DNA of 38,321 nucleotides. Source: a virus (Duplodnaviria > Caudoviricetes). This document shows positions 17,984 through 26,524 of the stretch, piece after piece. The translations under genes and the position numbers were made by a program. Position 1 is the stretch's first letter. The number at the start of each line of letters is the position of its first letter. Under the pieces are notes generated by a model that worked only from the letters and a program-made list of their open reading frames with translations, did not search any database and was not told the origin of the DNA. The DNA is taken from positions 1 to 38,321 of the IMG/VR virus record IMGVR_UViG_3300020403_003104. The stretch is one strand, 5' to 3'.

Positions 17984-18406
17984 ATGCCTAGAATATACGA
18001 TACTGTTGGTGTGAATTTGAATAAAGGTACGAAGAGAGTGAATTCTGTAGCTCCCGGTTGTACTATCGAATACGAAGCGGATATTCCTGATGAAGAAAGA
18101 GATAGAAGAGTTCGAAGACCTGCAAAGAGAAGCGCATCTAGAAAAGCGATCGAAAAAGAAATCCTCGAGTTCAAGAGGCAAAGAGAGTCGATCGGATATA
18201 GAGTCGATACCGAGATCAAAGGAATCAATGGGGCTACTGTCAAGATTACTTCGATGGCTGACAAAGACCTGAATAACTGGAATGCTCCTCCTAAGCAGCA
18301 GACTGGTGAAGTTCCTGATGGTTTTACTATCGCTCCTGCTTATAATAAAGGTGCATATCAGATTGTACCCAGAGATGATACTGACGCATATACTCATAGA
18401 AAATGA
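17984..18406 (+). CDS. Conserved T4-like hypothetical (APAYNKG family), likely early
   Basis: GAGGA RBS, own promoter, C-terminal FTIAPAYNKGAYQIV motif. Confidence 0.8.
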   Translation: MPRIYDTVGVNLNKGTKRVNSVAPGCTIEYEADIPDEERDRRVRRPAKRSASRKAIEKEILEFKRQRESIGYRVDTEIKGINGATVKITSMADKDLNNWNAPPKQQTGEVPDGFTIAPAYNKGAYQIVPRDDTDAYTHRK

Positions 18407-18561
18407 TTAAATATTCAACAGAGTTATTATTTCATTTACTCTGTTATGAATGTCATAATTGGTGGAGCTATGCCTCCACCGAGAATTATAAACCTAAAAC
18501 TATGTTTTGCCCTCATTGTGGGCATGAAAGTAAATTAGAACCAATAGAAGATAATGGATAA
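18403..18561 (+). CDS. Small zinc-ribbon protein (52 aa, not in ORF track)
   Basis: MIKYSTELLFHLLCYECHNWWSYASTENYKPKTMFCPHCGHESKLEPIEDNG*; two CxxC, ATGA overlap with the upstream stop. Confidence 0.75.
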   Translation: MIKYSTELLFHLLCYECHNWWSYASTENYKPKTMFCPHCGHESKLEPIEDNG

Positions 18562-18871
18562 AGTACATTTGTTAAAGTTGACAACTGGTGAAGAGGTAAT
18601 GTGTAAACTTGAGGAAAAAGAAGATACATATGAAATGGTAGATGCTGTATCTTTTAGATGGGGATTAGAATGGGATGAAAATCTTGAAAGAAATGTTGAA
18701 AGATTACAGCCTTCTTCATTTCCAGTAAATGCTTCTTTAGGAAGGTATGAGATTAGGAAAGAAAATGTAATGGTTATTTGCCCTCCTAGATCTGAAGCTG
18801 TTACAGTATATCACGGCTTTGTTGCAAGCGTTTTAAATTATACTACTAACCAGCCTAATCCTAATTCTTGA
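18554..18871 (+). CDS. Hypothetical protein, possible Sm-like beta fold
   Basis: LLKLTTGEEVMC N-terminus typical of a small T4-like phage family. Confidence 0.7.
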   Translation: MDKVHLLKLTTGEEVMCKLEEKEDTYEMVDAVSFRWGLEWDENLERNVERLQPSSFPVNASLGRYEIRKENVMVICPPRSEAVTVYHGFVASVLNYTTNQPNPNS

Positions 18872-18877
18872 TAAATA
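18871..18877 (+). promoter_or_regulatory. Late promoter (ATAAATA) upstream of iscU
   Basis: Located at the start of a 46-nt intergenic gap. Confidence 0.6.
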
Positions 18878-18917
18878 GTTATGGGTAAGGATAACTATGA
18901 TGTGAGTAAGGAATTTA

Positions 18918-19307
18918 ATGGCGTATACCGACAAAGTGGTGGACCACTTTCAAAATCCAAGAAATGTAGGATCATTAGATAAAAATAGTAAAAACGTAGG
19001 CACAGGCCTAGTCGGAGCCCCTGAATGTGGCGACGTAATGAAACTCCAGATAGAGGTTAATGATGACGGAAACATTACTGATGCTAAGTTTAAGACTTTT
19101 GGCTGTGGTTCTGCTATTGCTGCTAGCAGTCTTGCTACTGAGTGGGTTGCTGGTAAATCAATTGATGACGCTCTTAAACTGGATAACACCCAGATCGTTG
19201 AAGAGCTATCCCTCCCTCCTGTTAAAATTCACTGTTCAGTCCTTGCAGAGGATGCAATCAAAGCGGCTATAGCTGATTATAAGAGTAAACAAAATGAAAA
19301 AGTTTAA
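18918..19307 (+). CDS. iscU: Fe-S cluster scaffold IscU
   Basis: NPRNVG, GAPECGDVM, FKTFGCGSAIA, LPPVKIHCS (three Cys and the HscA-binding LPPVK). Confidence 0.97.
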   Translation: MAYTDKVVDHFQNPRNVGSLDKNSKNVGTGLVGAPECGDVMKLQIEVNDDGNITDAKFKTFGCGSAIAASSLATEWVAGKSIDDALKLDNTQIVEELSLPPVKIHCSVLAEDAIKAAIADYKSKQNEKV

Positions 19308-20151
19308 AGATACTGTAGAAGTAACTCTCAAAGATATCATTGAGGCTAAGGTAATCAACAAAAGGTTTACTGGAGCTCATGTAAGTATCACTAAAGATAC
19401 AATGAAGCAGGCAAAGAAAGAGAAGGAAGAGAGAAGAAAGAAGCAACTGCAGAGGATAGGGCTTGAAAACATGCAAATGTATGAAGGCACTTGGGCTACT
19501 CCAGATACACCTAAAAAGATGGGACAGCTAAAGAAGCTTCTTAAAGGTAAATTAACAGCTAAAAATGCACCTAAGTTATTATATAATTTAGTAGGTAATG
19601 ATGATTTATTTGATCTCATTGGAGAGATTAGAAAATCAGAAGGCCCTAATGCTGATGTTAGAGATGCAGTTAAATTTTGGTTAGCTGCTCATCCTGAAGT
19701 AGGCTTTAAAGAAGATACTGATTATACATCTCCTGAAGAGATAAATGAGCTTCTTAGTGGATTAGCTACAACAGCAGCTGTAGGATATGCAGCGGGTAAA
19801 ATAGGACAAGGATTTGCTTCGGGTGTAGGAAAGTCGGTAGCTGATAAAGCATTAGGAGCAAAGAGATTTAGAAAAGACAAGCCAAAGCCTAAAACTAATG
19901 AAAAGTTAGATAAAAATTCTGATATGGGTGACTATATTGACGACTTTCAAAAATCAGATGCTCCTCAGTTTAAAGGTAAGTCCAAAGAAAAAAGAAAAGA
20001 AATGGCTATCGCTGCTAAATTATCATCAGAAGGTAAACATTCTAGTAAAGATGTAGATGCAGCTATAGCTAAAATGGATGCCAGTAGTGAATTTGGTAAT
20101 GATTATTTTATGAAATCTAGAGGACGTAAAGGTAAATCTAAAAAGAAATGA
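19294..20151 (+). CDS. Probable internal head protein, Lys-rich and modular
   Basis: MKKFKD...IIEA N-terminus resembles T4 capsid-targeting leaders; short modules bounded by hydrophobic-x-E sites. Confidence 0.55.
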   Translation: MKKFKDTVEVTLKDIIEAKVINKRFTGAHVSITKDTMKQAKKEKEERRKKQLQRIGLENMQMYEGTWATPDTPKKMGQLKKLLKGKLTAKNAPKLLYNLVGNDDLFDLIGEIRKSEGPNADVRDAVKFWLAAHPEVGFKEDTDYTSPEEINELLSGLATTAAVGYAAGKIGQGFASGVGKSVADKALGAKRFRKDKPKPKTNEKLDKNSDMGDYIDDFQKSDAPQFKGKSKEKRKEMAIAAKLSSEGKHSSKDVDAAIAKMDASSEFGNDYFMKSRGRKGKSKKK

Positions 20152-20513
20152 TAGAATTAACAGAACGCGCTAGTAAGAATTTTCATAGACTATTAGAAGA
20201 TGAAGGTGTTGATGATGGTAAGCTAAGAGTGTCTGTTACAGGGGGTGGATGTGCTGGATATGAATATAAGTTAACTTTTGATAGCCATCCAAGTAAATTT
20301 GATTTAGAATTCGAATCTTTAGGTATAAATATTCTAGTAGATAAAAAATCTCATTTGTTAGTTAATGGTTTAACAATTGATTGGAGTAATGATCTATCAG
20401 CTCCTGGTCCGAGATTTGAAAATCCTATAGCTACTTCTACTTGTGGATGCTCTACTAGTTTTAATGTAAAGCAAGATGCTTTCGGACAAGAAAAACCTTC
20501 ATGGATGCCTTAA
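20148..20513 (+). CDS. iscA: A-type Fe-S carrier (IscA/ErpA/HesB)
   Basis: LRVSVTGGGCAGYEY, FENPxA, TCGCSTSF. Confidence 0.93.
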   Translation: MIELTERASKNFHRLLEDEGVDDGKLRVSVTGGGCAGYEYKLTFDSHPSKFDLEFESLGINILVDKKSHLLVNGLTIDWSNDLSAPGPRFENPIATSTCGCSTSFNVKQDAFGQEKPSWMP

Positions 20514-20741
20514 ATGCCTCGGTTCGGACAATCAGATGATATTGGGATATACAGAGGTCCTAATATTACCAATCCTCAATTAGATAAACAAAATAAAGAA
20601 ATAGCTGCAGGTAATACTGAAACATTACACTGTAAATGCATATCTTGTGGATTGAATTTTACTGTACAAATGCCCCCTAATAGAAAAGGAGGGAAGACAA
20701 AAGTAACTTGTACTAATTGCTATACAGAGCAAATAATATGA
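20514..20741 (+). CDS. Small zinc-ribbon protein
   Basis: CISC...CTNC. Confidence 0.65.
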   Translation: MPRFGQSDDIGIYRGPNITNPQLDKQNKEIAAGNTETLHCKCISCGLNFTVQMPPNRKGGKTKVTCTNCYTEQII

Positions 20742-20747
20742 TATAAC

Positions 20748-21431
20748 ATGTTTTACATGCAATGTGTTTTAGATAATGATATATCTGATAAGTATTATAA
20801 AGAAGGAGTTATTCATTTCAAAGAAAAGTTTAACTTAAAGCTCGAAATATTTCCAGCAAACACTCCTGATACTTTATCCCCAGAGCTTAGATTCGCTCAT
20901 TTTAAAACCTCTACAAAAAATAGAAAACTTAAACAACCTCTTACTCCTACAGAAAAAGCTTGTTTTAGTACTCATTTTGAAGGATGGAAGAGATGTATAA
21001 AATTAGGTCAATCTATAATGATATTCGAACATGATGCTAGATTAAATCCAGATATAACAGAAAATTATGATTTAAAAGCTAAGTTTGATTGGTTTTGTAG
21101 AAGAGGTAAAGATTATCAAGTAGATCATGGTATAGCTATAATGGGTAAGCCTCCAGCTACTGCATATATGATATCTCCAGAATATGCTGCTAGAATGGTA
21201 GGATGGGTATATGAGTATCAAGGAAGAAGGAGAAATATACATGATGCTGACTCAAAAGGTATAAACATGCAAACTGATACCTTTATGGATGCTTATCACA
21301 GAGGATTCATGTATCAACAAACTGGAGATAAAAGCTATTTTAATAAACTAAAAGCACATAAGGCTCGTAAAGTATTTCTTCAATCAAAAGACTATGGAAA
21401 GATAGTAGATCATGGACCGCAAGATAAGTAA
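20748..21431 (+). CDS. GT25-like glycosyltransferase
   Basis: LTPTEKACFSTHxxxWKRC...IMIFEHDA...AYMISP matches the GT25 (LPS biosynthesis) pattern. Confidence 0.75.
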   Translation: MFYMQCVLDNDISDKYYKEGVIHFKEKFNLKLEIFPANTPDTLSPELRFAHFKTSTKNRKLKQPLTPTEKACFSTHFEGWKRCIKLGQSIMIFEHDARLNPDITENYDLKAKFDWFCRRGKDYQVDHGIAIMGKPPATAYMISPEYAARMVGWVYEYQGRRRNIHDADSKGINMQTDTFMDAYHRGFMYQQTGDKSYFNKLKAHKARKVFLQSKDYGKIVDHGPQDK

Positions 21432-21846
21432 GGTTAGAAGAGTAACAAATTTAGAAGAAGCTATATTACTATGTAAGGATGATCCTGTAAGACCTAATAT
21501 AGACCCTCAATGGCGTATTACACCTCCTAGAGAAATGTATACAATTGATAAGAAAGCAGTTGTATGCGTAACATTTACTAATAGTCTTCCTATTTCAGAA
21601 ATGGATTTAGTAGGAAGAATTCATACAGGTAATATAGCTATATTTTATACCGTATGGTCTAAAGAAAAGGGTTTAGGAAGATTAGTGCTCAATGAGACGC
21701 TAAATATAATAAGTAAAAGAGCTACGATTAAAAGATTTATAACTCTCAGCCCTAAAACAGAGATGGCCAAAAGGTTTCATCTATCCAACGGGGCAACTTT
21801 ACTTCAAGAAAATTTCGACACAAATAATTTCGAGTACAAAGTATGA
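21412..21846 (+). CDS. Conserved phage hypothetical, GNAT-like
   Basis: DDPVRP, FYTVWS..KGLGR, TLSPKTEMAKRFHLSNGA resemble GNAT motif A/B spacing. Confidence 0.6.
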   Translation: MDRKISKVRRVTNLEEAILLCKDDPVRPNIDPQWRITPPREMYTIDKKAVVCVTFTNSLPISEMDLVGRIHTGNIAIFYTVWSKEKGLGRLVLNETLNIISKRATIKRFITLSPKTEMAKRFHLSNGATLLQENFDTNNFEYKV

Positions 21847-22289
21847 AAAATCTCGGTCTCTTTGTTATGTTCGTGTGTGCATTCCTTATGTCATGTTCCC
21901 AAGCTGAAGTTGAAGTTCAAAACTTACCAAAACCAGATAATGCTACATTAGAAGAATTAGTAGAAGCTCCTATAGAAGTAAGTCCTTATAAAGAAGGATG
22001 GACAGATAAAAATAGAGGTTTCTGGGCAGCTAATTATTGGGCTATGTTGGCTTCTAACCCTCAGACTAGAATGAGATTTCTTCCTCAGAGCGTCTATGAG
22101 ATATCGACTTGTATTGTAGATACATGGGCTCAGCAAGTTACTTTTAATGAGTTTAGTAATAATGTTGCTAAGTCTAATGATCCAGTTGTAGCAAACCAAA
22201 TGTATCAAATTACTTACCAATGTACTGAGTTTGAAATATTAAGAATTAACTCTAAGAAAGAGGTATTAGATCCAAAAAATTCTATATAG
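21843..22289 (+). CDS. Putative lipoprotein
   Basis: MK + hydrophobic stretch + LMSC lipobox. Confidence 0.65.
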   Translation: MKNLGLFVMFVCAFLMSCSQAEVEVQNLPKPDNATLEELVEAPIEVSPYKEGWTDKNRGFWAANYWAMLASNPQTRMRFLPQSVYEISTCIVDTWAQQVTFNEFSNNVAKSNDPVVANQMYQITYQCTEFEILRINSKKEVLDPKNSI

Positions 22290-22296
22290 CTAAATA
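22290..22296 (+). promoter_or_regulatory. Late promoter variant CTAAATA inside an inverted repeat
   Basis: Intergenic, centred in CTATATAGCTA-AA-TAGCTCTATAG (22282-22305), before an AAGGAG RBS. Confidence 0.55.
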
Positions 22297-22318
22297 GCTC
22301 TATAGATAAGGAGTTAAT

Positions 22319-23791
22319 ATGATTAGTTTTAAAAAATCACTAAGTGAGGCTGTATTTAAAGGTGCCTCTATGCAACCCGTAGTTGATAGAATCATTGCTG
22401 TTCTTCAAAGAAGATCAGGTAAGAAGATGTATCAATTTGGAGGTGAAAATTATGCTCAGCAATTCACCAAAGCTATGTCCGGAGAAGGAATAGGCTTTCT
22501 TTATTTAATGAATACTACTGGTGAAGCTATAAGACTTAACTGGGAAAAGAAAAATAGCAGACAAGCAGCTATTACTTCCTGTGATTACTGGAAAAACTGG
22601 AAAATAGGAGAGGATGATTATCCTAATCCTGAAACTACACTTAAAGGTCTACAATATCTTAACTCCGTACAATTAATAGACGCTTTAGTTTCATTCATTA
22701 AATCTCCAGCTTCAAGAAGTGTAAATTTAACTATTAGTGAAGCAGCTCAGGGAGAGATAGACTTAGCTCTTATTGCTAGAGCTGCTTATCACGAATTAGG
22801 TACTGCTGAAATTAAAGTAAAAGATCTTAAAAGCATAGCTAGAAGATTAGGTAGAAAAGTAAGTTACTATCATCTATCTAAATTACCTAAAGAAAAAAGA
22901 GGACAGGTTAATGTAACTATGTTGTTAGATACAGATACAGGAGAATCTGAATCAACAACAGATCCAGTGATGGATAAAATTGAGAGACATGTAGAAAAAG
23001 TACCTGTAGAAACTCTTTTTCAAGATCTAGCTGATCTAGCAGACTTAGTGATTTATGGAAATAGACCCTCTTTAGTAATTACAGGTTCAGGAGGTACTGG
23101 TAAATCATTTACTGTAAAACAAAGAATTAAAGAATCTGGATTAAGAAAAGGTGCTGATTTTAACATTCAAAAAGGTGCTACATCAGTCTTTGGACTATAT
23201 CAGTCATTCTTTCTTAACAGAAATGAAAAACTATTAGTATTTGATGATTGCGATGATGTATTCAAAGATTTAACATCTCAAAATTTACTAAAAGCAGCTT
23301 TAGATAGTGATGAACCAAGAGAATTATCCTGGTCATCAAAAAATACAGTACCTATGGATCAAAGTCTACCACCAGATGTTATAGCTAGCATAGAACAAGG
23401 TATTGAAGATACTATTTTAAGAGGAGGTGATGAAGAAGGTAAAATGCCTAAAATACCTGCTACATTTAGGTTTAAAGGCAGAGTAATCTTCATATCTAAT
23501 TTACCTCAGGATAAAATACCTCAACCAGTTATTTCTCGTTCATTGCTTATAGATGTTACTTTATCCGATAGTGAGATGTTAGATAGAATGAATTCTGTAA
23601 TAGGATTTATAGCAAAAGATACAGGAGTATCTGAGATGGAAGCCCAAGGAGTATTAAACCGGCTTCAAGATCTAGCCAGTGAAGGTAAGATTTCTAAACC
23701 TACAATGAGAACGTTACCTGCAGCTATCAATATAATGAAGTCAGGAATGCCTCGTTGGGAAAGCTTATTAAAGTACGCCGCTGTTAACTAA
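22319..23791 (+). CDS. AAA-like P-loop ATPase with long N-terminal region
   Basis: GSGGTGKS Walker A, LLVFDDCD Walker B, NLLKAALDS, FKGRVIFISN, SRS. Confidence 0.85.
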   Translation: MISFKKSLSEAVFKGASMQPVVDRIIAVLQRRSGKKMYQFGGENYAQQFTKAMSGEGIGFLYLMNTTGEAIRLNWEKKNSRQAAITSCDYWKNWKIGEDDYPNPETTLKGLQYLNSVQLIDALVSFIKSPASRSVNLTISEAAQGEIDLALIARAAYHELGTAEIKVKDLKSIARRLGRKVSYYHLSKLPKEKRGQVNVTMLLDTDTGESESTTDPVMDKIERHVEKVPVETLFQDLADLADLVIYGNRPSLVITGSGGTGKSFTVKQRIKESGLRKGADFNIQKGATSVFGLYQSFFLNRNEKLLVFDDCDDVFKDLTSQNLLKAALDSDEPRELSWSSKNTVPMDQSLPPDVIASIEQGIEDTILRGGDEEGKMPKIPATFRFKGRVIFISNLPQDKIPQPVISRSLLIDVTLSDSEMLDRMNSVIGFIAKDTGVSEMEAQGVLNRLQDLASEGKISKPTMRTLPAAINIMKSGMPRWESLLKYAAVN

Positions 23792-23967
23792 TGAAAGATT
23801 GGGTCGATAAAAGACTTAAAGAAATCAAGTTACCAGACAAAGTTATCCTCTTCCCTCTAAGACAGGAGGATATAGAACGTCGTAAAAATGCAGGGATGCA
23901 ATACGACAGATTTTGTGGTGATGACGCCCGTGATTTGAAAAACGATTTAAACAATGAACATGAATAA
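23791..23967 (+). CDS. Hypothetical protein (58 aa, not in ORF track)
   Basis: MKDWVDKRLKEIKLPDKVILFPL...; TAATG coupling to the upstream stop, fills the gap. Confidence 0.6.
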   Translation: MKDWVDKRLKEIKLPDKVILFPLRQEDIERRKNAGMQYDRFCGDDARDLKNDLNNEHE

Positions 23968-24166
23968 ATATGAAGAACTAAGAGAAAATACAGAACCTCT
24001 TGGAGCAACGGAGCAGTTTGAAATAAGAGTTTTTCATGCTTCCGGTAATTTTTTGGTTATAGATGAAGATGGTGATTTTATAGTTATAGACAGAGATCAA
24101 GCAGAATTTATATCTACCTGCATGTTAACCGATCTTATGCAAACAGAAGAAGTGTCTCTATCATGA
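23954..24166 (+). CDS. Hypothetical acidic protein
   Basis: 70 aa ORF with ATGA coupling to the next gene. Confidence 0.6.
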   Translation: MNMNKYEELRENTEPLGATEQFEIRVFHASGNFLVIDEDGDFIVIDRDQAEFISTCMLTDLMQTEEVSLS

Positions 24167-24759
24167 AATACTACGAAGACTTTCTAAAAGATTATCTAGA
24201 TGTTGATGTTCTTAAAGAGCTTAAAACAGTTAAAGACTGGAAGATCTTTGAACGCAATGAGAGTATAATGAAAGAGTATTATGAAGAAGGTCAGTTTTTA
24301 ACCAAATTAAGAGTTCATTTACATTCAAAAAAATTTATACAATGGGTAGAAGAAGAATCAGGGATAGAAGGTTTAGTTGTTGATTCATATGGTATAGGAG
24401 AAGGTGTATCTCTTATGGAGAAAGAACATAAACTTAATCCTCATATAGATTTTAACTGGAATGATAGAATTAAGATGCATAGAGCTGTTAACTTAATGAT
24501 ATATCTTGGATCTGCATCCGGAGGTAATTTTACTATGTATGATGAGGATATGAATGAGAGTAAATCTTATGAACCTATTCATAATTCAGCTATCTTATTT
24601 AATCATAGCGAAACTAAAGCTCACGGAGTAAATACAGTAACATCTGGACAAAGATATTCTATTAGACAGTTTTATTATAAGAGTGAAGCTACATGTGATA
24701 ATCCACATCAATCTCTATATTGGTATAATCCTAAAAAGGGCATGCCAACAAATTCATGA
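24163..24759 (+). CDS. 2OG-Fe(II) oxygenase
   Basis: LNPHIDFN (HxD), RAVNLMIYL, GG, AHGV, RYSI...FYY. Confidence 0.9.
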   Translation: MKYYEDFLKDYLDVDVLKELKTVKDWKIFERNESIMKEYYEEGQFLTKLRVHLHSKKFIQWVEEESGIEGLVVDSYGIGEGVSLMEKEHKLNPHIDFNWNDRIKMHRAVNLMIYLGSASGGNFTMYDEDMNESKSYEPIHNSAILFNHSETKAHGVNTVTSGQRYSIRQFYYKSEATCDNPHQSLYWYNPKKGMPTNS

Positions 24760-25187
24760 TTGACATTAAAGAAGAAATGAAAAAAGTGGGGGCAGGAGGC
24801 TACCTTGATGATGATTTTGATAAAAGAGTTAAAGAATCTATTGAAAGCGGTATTCCTACAATATATGTAGGAGGAGATAAAGAATTTACTCATGAAGTAG
24901 CTCATGAAATATACGGAAAATTTAAGATAGTACACACAGATGGAACTGAAGAAATAATAGAGGGCGCCACTCCTCTTTGTTCATGCGGCCAATCCAAGTC
25001 AAAACCTTATTGTGATCAAACACATCAACAGTTTTTAGCAGATGAAGATAACCCAGATTCAAAAGTTCTATGGGAATATTTAACCAATAAAGAACGCTAT
25101 GAAATACTAAACGGTATAAAATTAGATCATAAGAAGATAAACAAAAGACATATAGGTTCAAAACCTGGCTGGATGGAAGATGATTGA
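24756..25187 (+). CDS. CDGSH-type [2Fe-2S] domain protein, copy 1
   Basis: LCSCGQSKSKPYCDQTH = C-x-C-x2-S-x3-P-x-C-D-x-T-H. Confidence 0.88.
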   Translation: MIDIKEEMKKVGAGGYLDDDFDKRVKESIESGIPTIYVGGDKEFTHEVAHEIYGKFKIVHTDGTEEIIEGATPLCSCGQSKSKPYCDQTHQQFLADEDNPDSKVLWEYLTNKERYEILNGIKLDHKKINKRHIGSKPGWMEDD

Positions 25188-25623
25188 TAAATCTGTTGAA
25201 GAAGAATTAAAAGATCTAGGAGCTAGTGGGTATAATGACGGTGTTACAGGTCCTTCATCTAATGAAAAAGATAGAGCAGATGTAGATTTAGAAGATATTC
25301 CAACAATACATATTGGAGGATCTGCATGTTATACAAATCAAGTTGCATTAGAAGTTGAAGGAAGATTTAGAATAATTCATACAGATGGAACTGAAGAAAT
25401 AATAGAAGGTAAAACACCCTTATGCTCCTGTGGACAATCTAAACAAAAACCTTATTGTGATCAAACACATCAACAATTTCTTGCAGATGAAGATAATCCT
25501 AACTCTAAAGTACTATGGGAATATCTTACTAATAAAGAACGTTATGAAATACTAAACGGTATTAAATTAGACCATAAAAAAATTAATAAAAGACATATAG
25601 GAAGTAAACCTCACTGGATGGAA
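24933..25623 (+). repeat. Diverged tandem duplication (24933-25178 vs 25378-25623)
   Basis: 246-nt blocks align without gaps; most differences are synonymous. Confidence 0.92.
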
Positions 25624-25629
25624 GAATAA
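25180..25629 (+). CDS. CDGSH-type [2Fe-2S] domain protein, copy 2
   Basis: LCSCGQSKQKPYCDQTH; 78 of 82 C-terminal residues identical to copy 1. Confidence 0.88.
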   Translation: MIDKSVEEELKDLGASGYNDGVTGPSSNEKDRADVDLEDIPTIHIGGSACYTNQVALEVEGRFRIIHTDGTEEIIEGKTPLCSCGQSKQKPYCDQTHQQFLADEDNPNSKVLWEYLTNKERYEILNGIKLDHKKINKRHIGSKPHWMEE

Positions 25630-25630
25630 T

Positions 25631-26524
25631 ATGATATATTTGTATGGAGATAGTTTTGTTGAAAATGAACCAGCTGAAAATTTAGGACAAAGAGATCATA
25701 AACGCTGGTATGATTATATGTCCGAAAGAATGGATGAACCTAACGAAAACTATGGTAAATGTGGAGAGGGTCCAATGTCTTCATTTAAGAAGTTTCATGA
25801 CCATTTAGAAAAAGGTCATTTTGAGCCTAATCCTAAGTTTGTTTTCTTTTTATCTAGCCCATATAGAATTCCTTGGAAATGGTTATGTCCTCAAGATGAT
25901 CCAAAATATAGTCCGGAGGGCAAAGAGCCTAGAAGGAACGGTATTGGTATTTCCTCAGCTTATCAAGATTGGGATGTAGAGTATGAAAAGCAAAATCATC
26001 CTCATCCTAGAGAAGAAGAATTACATGCTGAATATCATTACACAGAAGAAGAAGTATTTTGTCAAACATCTGTATATCAAGCAATGCAAGATGAATTAGA
26101 TCATTTAAATCTTAAAAATGTATCATACCTTTATGCCTTATCAAAATTGAATAATTGGCCAATGATGGTCTTTAGAGTTTATGGAATGAACCCTAATCCT
26201 TTTAAAAAGAAATATGACGAATCATTGTTTAATCTTGATAGACTTAATGATGATTTATTTCACTTTTACAAATATCCAATGCATGACCATTCAGCAGAAG
26301 AGTGGGAAGATGAACATATACAAGAATCTGGAACTATGAATCATTTTACTCATAGAAATCACGTTATATTAAGCAATATTATTACTAATTTCTTTCTTAA
26401 GACAAAAGGTACGAAAGAAGAACTAACAGAAAAGTTTCATAAACATTTTATCAGATCTGTAGTTAATCAACATCATCGAAGAGATGGAAATAGAGATACA
26501 TTTGTAGATTTTGTATACAACTAA
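25631..26524 (+). CDS. SGNH/GDSL-like protein
   Basis: N-terminal YLYGDSF, NYGKCGEGP, C-terminal NHFTHRNH. Confidence 0.6.
   Translation: MIYLYGDSFVENEPAENLGQRDHKRWYDYMSERMDEPNENYGKCGEGPMSSFKKFHDHLEKGHFEPNPKFVFFLSSPYRIPWKWLCPQDDPKYSPEGKEPRRNGIGISSAYQDWDVEYEKQNHPHPREEELHAEYHYTEEEVFCQTSVYQAMQDELDHLNLKNVSYLYALSKLNNWPMMVFRVYGMNPNPFKKKYDESLFNLDRLNDDLFHFYKYPMHDHSAEEWEDEHIQESGTMNHFTHRNHVILSNIITNFFLKTKGTKEELTEKFHKHFIRSVVNQHHRRDGNRDTFVDFVYN

Noticed and set aside
6642-19272. Off-frame + strand ORFs 6642-6938, 15447-15644, 18090-18272 and 19060-19272
   Set aside because: Fully nested in recognised genes, with no convincing RBS or motif
23964-23970. ATAAATA as a late promoter for the enzyme cluster
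   Set aside because: Possible, but it overlaps coding sequence and this heptamer occurs by chance inside several genes in such AT-rich DNA
24933-25623. Diversity-generating retroelement template/variable repeat pair
   Set aside because: Differences are synonymous and not adenine-specific, both copies are coding, and no reverse transcriptase is present
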